Shown: positions 54,690-64,000 of the stretch, piece after piece
Layout: each line of letters begins with the position of its first letter
How positions within the stretch are numbered: position 1 is the first letter of the stretch
DNA from: Octopus sinensis
Taxonomy: Eukaryota
Reading direction: 5' to 3'
Assembly (NCBI RefSeq): GCF_006345805.1
Contig: NC_043015.1
Coordinates: forward strand, 9,176,001-9,240,000
Length of the DNA stretch: 64,000 bases
Notes under the pieces: generated by a model
What the model saw: the letters and a program-made list of their open reading frames with translations, nothing else
Databases searched by the model: none
What the model was told of the DNA's origin: nothing
Translations under genes and position numbers: made by a program

Positions 54690-55823
54690 GAAAACAAAAA
54701 TACTCCGTAAATACAACATCGCACAAAAAGATTTACCTGAGATAAAAGAAAAGCTAAAGCAAGATATCCTTGCCAAAGCACAAAGGATCCGCCGGTACGA
54801 GAAACGCCAGCGCTTCTTTAAACAAAACAAAAAGTTCAACTCCATCTCCAAAATGTTCTACCAAGAACTTGGCAAAAATAAAATAGAAATTCCTGCAGCA
54901 CCAACGGCAGAAGAAGTGGAAGAATTCTGGAGAGAAATATGGTTGGCGAACGAACGACCAAAAAAAAGGAGTATTGAAATAACAAACTCAGCATCTGAGC
55001 AACTTTGGACCCTCATAACAACTGAAGAGGTCACACAGGCACTGCAAAAACTAAGCAACTGGAAGGTACCTGGGCATGACAAGATCCCCAACTTCTGGTT
55101 GAAATATCTAACGGGAATGCACAAAAAGCTGGCTGAAAATTTTAACAACATACTAGCAGAGCCATAGACAATGCCTGAATGGCTCACGAAAGGGGAAAAC
55201 CATCTTAATTCCCAAATCAAATGAGACAGCAAAACCAGAAAACTACAGACCTATAACCTGTCTCCCTACGATGTACAAGGCATTTACTGCAGTGATATCG
55301 TAAAGGTTGAACAAGCACCTAGACGAAAACAACCTGTTTCCAGAAGAGCAGAAAGGATGCCGCAAAGGCTCATAGGGCTGTAAAGATCAACTAATGATCA
55401 ATAAAGTCATAACTGAAGACAGCCACAGAAAGAAGAAAGGCCTCAGTATGGTCTGGATCGACTACAAAAAGGCTTTTGATAGCATCCCCCACACATGGAT
55501 CCTCGAAACACTAGCCGTTAACAAAGTATCACCAACAATTTTAAAATTAATTGTGCACTCCATGAATAAATGGCAAACAGTGCTACAGCTGAGGGACTCA
55601 TGAAAACCAAAGCCATCCCCATTAGAAGAGGAATATTCCAGGGAGACACGCTCTCTCCACTCCTTTTCTGCTTGGCACTGTCACCTCTATCTGATATACT
55701 AAATAGAACTGGATGCGGATATAAATGTTACGGCAAAACGATCAGCCACCTTTTATATATGGATGACCTAAAACTATACGCTGCAAGTGACAAACAGCTG
55801 GAAACACTATTAAAGACAGTTCA
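54690..55823 (+). mobile_element. R4/Dong-like (RLE-clade) non-LTR retrotransposon, RT fragment
   Basis: KEKLKQDILAKAQRIRRYEKRQ, EVEEFWREIW, PENYRPITCLPTMYK, EEQKGCRKG, WIDYKKAFDSIPH, RGIFQGDTLSPLLFCL, HLLYMDDLKLYA; several stops and frameshifts; 5'- and 3'-truncated. Confidence 0.92.
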
Positions 55824-56371
55824 TACCTATTATCTTGTTTTTAGCATTGAGCTCTGTTTTTAGTATTGATCTAACTCGTCTATAGTATTCTTTTTTTATT
55901 TTCTCTTTCATTTGTGTGTGTTGTGTCTTATCTACTTCGTGGATTCCTAAGTATTTGTAAGTTTGGCTTTGGTCTAATTCTTTTATTTCATTGGTTTTAT
56001 CTAGTGTGATGTTGCTACTCTTAACTAGTTTTCCTCTTTTCATGGTTACTTTGGCGCATTTTTCTAATCCAAATTTCATATCTATTTCTTTGGTAAATCC
56101 GTGAATTGTCTTTAATAGTGTTTCCAGCTGTTTGTCATTTGCAGCGTATAGTTTTAGGTCATCCATATATAAAAGGTGGCTGATCGTTTTGCCGTAACAT
56201 TTATATCCGCATCCAGTTCTATTTAGCATATCAGATAGAGGTGACAGTGCCAAGCAGAAAAGGAGTGGAGAGAGCGTGTCTCCCTGCAATATTCCTTTTC
56301 TAATGGGGATGGCTTTGGTTTTCCGTGTCTCCCTGGAATATTCCTCTTCTAATGGAATGGCTTTGGTTTTC
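55824..56371 (-). mobile_element. Second, inverted R4/Dong-like RT fragment
   Basis: QGDTLSPLLFCL...YMDDLKLYA...MKFGLEKCAK...YKYLGI...KKEYYRRVRSILKTELNAKNKI; nearly identical to the plus copy over 55602-55823. Confidence 0.92.
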
Positions 56372-56405
56372 TTCTTCTTCTTCTTCTTCTTCTTCTCTTC
56401 TTCTT

Positions 56406-56436
<31 letters not shown>

Positions 56437-56441
56437 TTTTC

Positions 56442-56490
<49 letters not shown>

Positions 56491-57047
56491 CATGGGAATG
56501 CGGTGTGTTAAATGAAGGAGATATAAATTCATTGGCTACAATGTTCATAAGAAACGTCGTGAGACACAAGACAAAAAAGAATGGAATATTCGACGAAATG
56601 TAGATAAAAAAAAGGAAATAAATAATATAAAGATTGAAACATTCGAGGAGAAAATTAGGGAGAGTGAAATCTGTTCTATATTAAATGGTAGCCCTTATTT
56701 GATTTAATCTTAATGTAATTTGTACTTGATGTATTTATATAATGAATAAAGCGAACAAATATTCGAAGGAAGGAAGAAGTAAATAATTTGAAAGCGAAGA
56801 TGCGACTTAGGTTTGGTGCACAACAATGTATTTCAACTATCAGCTAATGTTAGTGTTTAAATGTTGAAAAGTCAATATACGTAATGTATGATTGTTTGTT
56901 TATAAGTGTGTTAATGTTTCTATGAAATTCTGGTCGTTTGCGTTCGTGCGTGATTGGTTGTCGCCGTATAGCGTTTCGCTTTTCGTTAAGTATATGTTGC
57001 TATGCGTGTTAGAGAAAGAAAAAAAGGAAGAGAAATAGAAACATGCA

Positions 57048-57095
<48 letters not shown>

Positions 57096-57289
57096 GAAAG
57101 ATTGAATGGGTGCGTATGGAGTGGTGTTAGACTTTTAATTTCACTAATGGACACACTTAATTATATAAGATGTTGCCTGAGTCGGATGGATATTTACTGA
57201 ATTAAAGAAAATGGCCAACAGAATCGAGACAAGACATTGCCAGACATTTCTCCGATGGATTGCTATAATTTCGCTTAACTACGACATAT

Positions 57290-57378
57290 ATATTCTTATA
57301 CTCCGCCTTCTTCTTCTTCTTCTTCTTCGTCTGCTTTCATCATCATCACCATCCCCGTCCCCATCATCACCATCAGCC

Positions 57379-57420
<42 letters not shown>

Positions 57421-57610
57421 ACAGCAGCAGCCTCATCATCATCATTTCTGCTGTTTGCTTCGTTTCCTTTTTCTACTCGTATTACTCTTCTAAGAGATAG
57501 CTGCTATAATAATAATAATGATAATAATAATAATAATATTAATAATAATAATTATTATTATTATTATTGTTGTTGTTGTTGTTGTTGTTGTTCTTGTTGT
57601 TTTATTGTTG
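57290..57610. repeat. Compound (TTC)n/(CAT)n/(AAT)n/(GTT)n microsatellite
   Basis: Direct reading of the triplet blocks. Confidence 0.9.
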
Positions 57611-57719
57611 TTTTTGTTACTTTTTTATTATCATTAATAATAATAAAATTCATTCTTTATTAGCCATGAGGGCGGACTAAAATAACATTGGACATTACAA
57701 AACATGAAGGAGAAAGTTG

Positions 57720-59440
57720 GGTTACATTAAGTGCCGTGTAAAAGGTCGAAGAATATGAAACCCCCTTTTTAATAGAGGCTAGACTCAAACAATCCAATTG
57801 TGAATCGAAGATGGCATTGAAATCCCCCAGTAACACTAAAGGTTAGGGTGTAACCTGGAAAACCTTCAGACTATTATAGTATTCCGGCTGTCCTGCACCT
57901 GTCGGCACGTTAACAACCACCAGTCTGAAGCCCCACCGTTACTACCATTCTCGTCCAGGACCACAAGCTTAATTTCTGGTTCCAAAAACACTAACCTTAT
58001 TTTGAGACCAAGACCTATCCGAAACAATACCACACTACACGCACCACTCATTCCTCGCCGACAAGGAGTTGCGTAGATCTGCTAGTCATCGAAAATAAGC
58101 ATGAAAGCTCGAGGCTCTGTTAGTCTGGATTCAGTAATGTGTATTACATCTATTCCTCGTGACCTGAGGTCGTTTAGTAGGTGTTCTTGTTTCGATGGGA
58201 ATCCGGGCCACGTAAATTTATGCAAACTATTTTGAGTATGATCACTTGAGTGTATTGTAAGGAGAGAAAAAGATAGTTCTACTTACCGTTAGCACTCTGG
58301 GGTGGGCGAGGGAAGAAGTTCCGCTCGTTAAGGGGAGTGTCGTGGTCTCCATGACCAAGGATTTATAGAAGCTCCAGGACATTTTCGTGTTGAAGCCTAC
58401 AACTAACTCTGGAAATTTGGATTTTAGGTTGCTGTATGTATGTTGCGATGTTTGACGTATCTATATGTGTGGCGGTGGTGTATTATCCGTGGGAAAAACA
58501 AAGTCAGTCGTTTTTATGTCTGTAATTTCCTTTATGTATAATAGTAAATTTGTGTTACCTGTATTTATGGTGGTGCCTTTTGTGTTGGTGGAAGAATTGG
58601 AAGCGTGGGTATTAGTGTGTTGTTGCTGTTATTTTTAGGTGATTTTGATTGCTTTTTTGTGGGTATTGCTTTTTTATTTGTTGGTATAATGTTGTGCGTT
58701 TTTCTTAATCTTTTAAGGATGATTTATGTCCACTCAATTCCTGTCGGCCTGTCCGCACGACATGTCTCAGAGGTCAGGGTCGGAAGGGGTACTTCCAGTG
58801 GGTCGAAATTTAATGATGTTTCTTGTTCCTCTGGCAAGTGCTGGGTTACTGGTGTTTTGTACGCGCTGTGGTTGTGGTGGTTGTGTTCGCGCCTCTATTG
58901 TTTCTGCTGTTGCTGTCTCTTGCGTAGTTGTAAATTATTGTGCTTTTTCTGATGCCCGTTTTATTTTCTTAAGATTTCTTCTCTTGTTGGTATTACTTAT
59001 GCTGGAGGGGTTGCTTCTGTATTTGGGGTTGCCTCATTTCATTTGGCGTGGGTGGTGCTTTCATCAAGTGGGAGGAGTGTCCCGTTTCTGTTTTAGTTGT
59101 TGGCAAAAGTCTTTCAGGTTGATGTTCTATCCGCATTGACGAGATCTCCTGCTTCAAAAGTGACGTTGAGAATAGTGCCATTGGGAAAGCGGAGTTGGTC
59201 GGGAAATTGTTTGAAAACGTCTTGATTTATTTGGACCATTATTTGCAATTCCTGACTAGTCTAGTTGATTTTTTCTTGTTTCTCGATTCGATTATCCTGA
59301 ATTTATCTTCCAAAGGGAGAAGGAAGGCTGCGAAATCCAGCAAGCGTTCATCTCTGGTAGTATCTCTGGTGGTTTGATTATCGAAGCACATCTTCCGCTT
59401 TATCATTTTAGAATGCTTCTGTTGTATTTGAGAGATTCTA
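57720..59440 (-). mobile_element. Tx1/L1-like LINE 5' fragment (decayed ORF1 plus APE endonuclease)
   Basis: ORF2 start IVCINLRG.../LLNDLRSRGIDVIHITESRL (about 58240-58130), VVLFRIGLGL, LVLLGDFNAIFD (GDFN at 57816-57827). The upstream 58450-59400 is a decayed ORF1-like region. RT is absent. Confidence 0.75.
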
Positions 59441-59557
59441 AAGAACCATTTATATATTCATTAACTTGGTTTTACTATTGAAGCAAAATCTCACTTGTTT
59501 AATGCATGAATATTATCATCATAATCAGGAAAATAATTACAACAGTGCCTATAACTA

Positions 59558-59622
<65 letters not shown>

Positions 59623-59667
59623 GAAGAAGAAGAAGAAGAAGAAGAGAAGAAGAAGAAGGAGAGTATG

Positions 59668-60123
59668 CAATCATTCAGTCTAATCACCTTACCAGACATC
59701 GGAAACCTGACATTGTTGTGATGAATATAAAAGGAAAACGAAATTGCATGATAATCGATATAGCATGTCTCGGTGACAAAAAGAGTAACGAAAGTAAAGA
59801 AGTAAAACTGAAGAAGTACGACGATTTGAAGTGGGGAAAAACGAAGGCTATTGTTAATGAGGAGATTAAACGTCATGCTATATGGTAACAGACGCACTTA
59901 GAAACATTAACACTCAACTATCAACATGGCTCTCGAAAAGACTAATACAAATGTAAAGGTAGAACACCTACAAGAATCGGCATTACTTGGAACTGCAAGG
60001 ATTCTTCCCTGGATTCGTAAAGCGTTACCAGTAAACAATTGTCTCTACAATCTGCTGGATTTGGACAGGTGGCACTTTTAATCATACCAAAGTCCCAAAA
60101 AGAAACCTGGGAGCTTTTCTTCA
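59668..60123 (+). mobile_element. R4/Dong-like 3' fragment with restriction-like endonuclease
   Basis: RHRKPDIVVMNIKGKRNCMIIDIACLGDK (PD...D motif) and KLKKYDDLK, then QESALLGTARIL; followed by an AAT tail. Confidence 0.88.
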
Positions 60124-60137
60124 AATAATGATAATTG

Positions 60138-60325
60138 CTTCTTTGTGGTAGGGGATTTGGCGATTACATCAACTCCAGTACTCTTCTGGTACCTATTTAA
60201 TCGATCCCGAAAGAATGAAGGACAAAGTCAATGTCGGCGGAATTAGAACACAGAAGGTAAAGATGGACGAAATATCACTAAGTATTTCTCCCGGCGTGCA
60301 AAAGATTCTACCACCTCACCGCCAT
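60138..60325 (-). mobile_element. tRNA-derived SINE family A inserted in the AAT tail
   Basis: CTGGTACCTATTTAATCGATCCCGAAAGAATGAAGGACAAAGTCAATGTCGGCGGAATTAGAACACAGAA on the plus strand. Confidence 0.8.
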
Positions 60326-60333
60326 TCCATCAA

Positions 60334-60378
60334 ATAATAATAATAATATTAATATTAATAATAATAATAATAATAATA

Positions 60379-60434
<56 letters not shown>

Positions 60435-60550
60435 TTATAATAATAATAATAATAACATAATAATAACATAATAATAATAATAATAATATAATAATAATAA
60501 TAACAATAATAATAATATAATAATAATAATAATAATAATAATGATAATAA
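60334..60550. repeat. (AAT)n microsatellite
   Basis: About 215-bp imperfect AAT run. Confidence 0.95.
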
Positions 60551-60700
60551 CTAGCAGTAAAACTCGGCTTTGCCCGGGATTAAGTTAGGATTATTAAGAT
60601 AATCAAGTTCTTTATTTAAAACGAAACTAAGTAACATCGACGTCAAATCTAGGCGAAATCCGTTGAAATTTGTTTCTACACATATACATACATACACCCC
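60549..60700 (+). mobile_element. Helitron/Helentron-type non-autonomous fragment
   Basis: Starts ACTAGCAGTAAAACTCGGCTTTGCCCGGG (ACTAG plus a subterminal GC hairpin), ends in GAAATCCGTT...(ATAC)n, as in DINE/HINE-like elements. Confidence 0.45.
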
Positions 60701-60722
60701 CCATATATATGTATATATATAT

Positions 60723-60755
<33 letters not shown>

Positions 60756-61179
60756 CTATATATATATATATATATAATATATATATATATATATTATATA
60801 TATATATCAATAGTAAATCGACTTATTTCATTATAAATGTTATTATTATTGTGAGAAATGTTGTTTATAGTTTAAGTTTTATAAACTTATCTATTAACTT
60901 GTAGTTGTGTTTGTCATAATTTTTGGTGTCTAGGGTTAATTTTTATATTCTATTTAATTAATGTCATTATATTTATTTTACCCGGATACTGTTTTGTATG
61001 TATCATGAGACTGGGGTAGATTTTACATTTGTGTCTTACCTCTTAATGATCTGAGTTAAATTGTTATCCTTATTAAACTTACATCTTAGACTTATATTCT
61101 AGTGCTTGTATATTTATATATTCTATTAGACTACTGTTATTTCATTTTTCTATTGTAATTATATTTCTTAAATATATGT

Positions 61180-61830
61180 TTAGTCCGGTGTGGATAGGAT
61201 AATCAATGTCTCTTTTCCTGTTTTGATAAATGCCTGCTTAGATGATATTATCTGGAAAACTCCTAAGCCCACAAGTCACAAATCTTGTCCCCGATGATAT
61301 AAGATCTTGCTCGGCTAATTGCTTCCCACTTTAGCTTATAATCCTTGTATTTATCATTTATCTCACATATTCATCTATTTAAGCTGGTGCTAGTTATTTT
61401 TCTTGTCTTTCATGGTGTTATCGTTTTTAGCTATTCTTCTATCTATGTAATTAACTGTGGAGCCTCTATAGTAGCTTTTTGTCCCTCAGATTCCATGTCA
61501 TACCTATATACTAAACTTTTTACCGAAATATTTTAACGAGCAGTGGTTAATTAATTTACAATCGCAACTTTCATTTTCAGTTTTTCATTTAATAATGCCT
61601 TGACCATTTTCCCCCTTATATTGGGTCATTTCATTTCCATTTTGTTTATTTCTGGTGTTTTGGTTCATAAATATAAGATTTTTAGTGTACTCTGTTTCTT
61701 ATCAGTCTTAAAATTGGTATTTATACTTATTCTGTGTTCAGTGCTTCCGCATAAATACTCTCATATATTTCTGGGTTCTTGTTAAAGTTATTACCTTTAT
61801 TGTTTTCATTATATGCTTCTTTCATATTTT
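61180..61830 (-). pseudogene. Second Penelope-like ORF remnant (RT end plus GIY-YIG endonuclease)
   Basis: NNFNKNPEIYESIYAEALN (about 61800-61735), YIGMT (61510-61496), TSLNR*ICEINDKYKDYKLKWEAISRARSYIIGDKICDLW. May extend upstream to about 62450. Confidence 0.75.
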
Positions 61831-63109
61831 ACTGGGTTGTGAGATTTTATTATTCTTATCTGCTTGGGAGACATAATGCATTTTCTTCCTTCCGAATTTT
61901 CGTCGTGATCAACATCATCATGTTCATGAAGCATGTTATATTGATTCCCCTTAACTCTTTTCTCACAGAAAACTTTCCTTTTTTATTCTTCAGTGCAGAT
62001 ATGACTTCTGAAATGTTTTTTTGAAACGCACAAGCTCACTCTTAGATTACGTGCCTTTATTATCTTGTGGTACTACAAGTTTTGGAGACAGCTCTATAGA
62101 AAAGTTGTAATATTATTTTCTTCGAAATTTCTATTAAAATAATCTATGCGCGTGTTAATTGCATTTATATATGTGGTGTAGCATTTTATTCTATTTTTAT
62201 GAATTTTATTCTTTAGGATTTGGTTATTAACTCATTCGTTCCTTTGTATCGTATCTTATTTTTCATTTAAGAAATCACAATTATCAACATTATTATTCTT
62301 GTAGTATTCTAGTTTTGGCCTTATAAACTTTCTGTAATTTTTTAGTCTTATTTATTCTTCATTGTTACTATTTGTGCTATATGTGTTTCGTTTCTCCATG
62401 TTATCTTATATTATTTCGTTGTTATGTCTTTTATTCAAATCTATTACATGTTGAGTTCCTTCCTTAGTTATATTATTTTCCTGTTTAATTTACTAACGAG
62501 ATATGCAGGTAATATACAACCAAACTTCACAGTTTTTCATCTCTAGCAGTACAAAGAAACAATTTATATACAAGAAAGTTTAATTGAAGAAAATATGTTT
62601 ATCGAATGGTACAGAGAACAGCTAAATATAAATGCATAAACAACTTCGATCTCAGAATATATTTTAATTCAAGATCCCATACGAATCACTGTACACATTC
62701 CATGTCACTACTTCAGCTTTTGTGTTTTTATGTATATATATTTTTATCCATTCCCCGAAAGATGACCAGTTGCCTCCCCCGTCTTTAAGAATAATGATCA
62801 CGAATTACCCCACCTTAGATTTTTCTAATTCGTCAATCATTCATTCACAAACTTTTCTACATACAATACCCACTAAAATCGTTTGCATGAAAATACGAAA
62901 CGACAATAATTTCAATATTTTCATAATTAACGAAAGAGAAACCGGGCGACAAACACGATATGAAGTATATTGTAAAATATATTAAAAGTATGTTAAGTGT
63001 GTGCATTCACCTTCTGTTATTCTATATTTATTTTGTATTATATTATATCTCACCACCGGGGGATAATCGAAATTCCTCCCTATTTGTCACTGTATATATA
63101 TATATATAT

Positions 63110-63337
63110 TTCTTTACTGCCCACAGGGAGGTAAACATAGAGGGGACAAACAAGAACAGACAAAGGAATTAAGTCGATTACAACGACCCCAGTTGCGAAA
63201 CTGGTACTTTATTTATCGACCCCGAAAGGATGAAAGGTAAAGTCGACCCGGCAGAATTTGAACTCAGAACGTAACGGCAGACGAAATACGGCTACGCATT
63301 TCGCCCGGCGTGCTAACGTGTCTGCCAGCTCGCCGCC
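63110..63337 (-). mobile_element. tRNA-derived SINE family A
   Basis: TTTCTTTACTGCCCACAGGG...CGACCCCGAAAGGATGAAAGG...GAATTTGAACTCAGAACG...CTGCCAGCTCGCCGCC on the plus strand. Confidence 0.9.
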
Positions 63338-63927
63338 TATACATATATATATATATATATATAGCATGTGTGTGCGCGCGGGTGCACGTGTGCGTGAGCC
63401 TGCGTTTGCATTTGCATTTTCTCGTTCGTTTCCGTATGTCTCTTTCACTTGGTTATCAAATCTTTATGAATCTCACACCATACCGCAAACCACATTAATA
63501 AAATGGGGTACCTCTTCTATTTCTTCATCATTTATTCGTAATATTACACTAATTCACCGTCAAATTTATTCTCTTTCGTACGTGGTAAAATTGTGTTATC
63601 TTTGTCCGAGGAAGACATCTGACGGAAGATTTATTCATTTCATACTAGAAGCATAAAATTCCATTCACAGCTACTCATTTTTTTTACTAATTACGTGTGT
63701 TTGATAATACTGCATGATTGGAATATATCTCACATAGAACCATTCATTGTCGTTATGCAATTAGTACATATTTTATATAATTTTATGCATCATTTAAAAA
63801 TCTACATATTTTGATTGATGGGTTGTGCTCGTTACGTTGAAGTGAAGGAGGTGACTGTCTCAAGCCACGACTGGAATGTCAATGAATAATACAGAATGGA
63901 AAGAATAATATTGTTTCACTTACATTG

Positions 63928-64000
63928 GCCGGCATTATGGTGTGGAAAGAAGTTTGCTTTACGACCATAAAATCTTGGTTTCAATCCCACTGCAATGAAA
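63928..64000 (+). mobile_element. SINE family B head running off the window end
   Basis: GGTGTGGAAAGAAGTTTGCTTTACGACCATAAAATCTTGGTTTCAATCCCACTGC. Confidence 0.55.

Overview
AT-rich, repeat-saturated animal genomic DNA, most likely octopus (coleoid cephalopod), judged from SINE sequences I recognise from memory and the dense (TA)n/(CA)n/(AAT)n/(GATA)n microsatellites. I cannot support any host protein-coding gene, rRNA, intact tRNA or CRISPR array. Most ORFs in the track are translated microsatellites; the rest are transposon remnants. These remnants are: a 3'-truncated Ty3/Gypsy element (gag-PR-RT-RH, probable 5' LTR, 16.7-19.3 kb), a CR1/L2-type RT scrap, two Penelope-like (GIY-YIG) ORF remnants, two Tc1/mariner transposase remnants, a Tx1/L1-like ORF1+APE fragment, three R4/Dong-like RLE-LINE pieces in (AAT)n(GAA)n tracts, and many tRNA-derived SINEs. 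The signal not shown in the ORF track is a set of minimal type I hammerhead ribozyme (HHR) motifs in unrelated repeats. Five have an intact CUGANGA/GAAA/NUH core (20.8, 30.2, 30.6, 31.2, 42.3 kb) and several more are decayed. Two stand out: a 355-nt tandem HHR repeat (retrozyme/circRNA-like) and a tRNA-headed SINE with an HHR-bearing, Penelope-style tail. All folds were paired by eye; no searches or folding programs were run.
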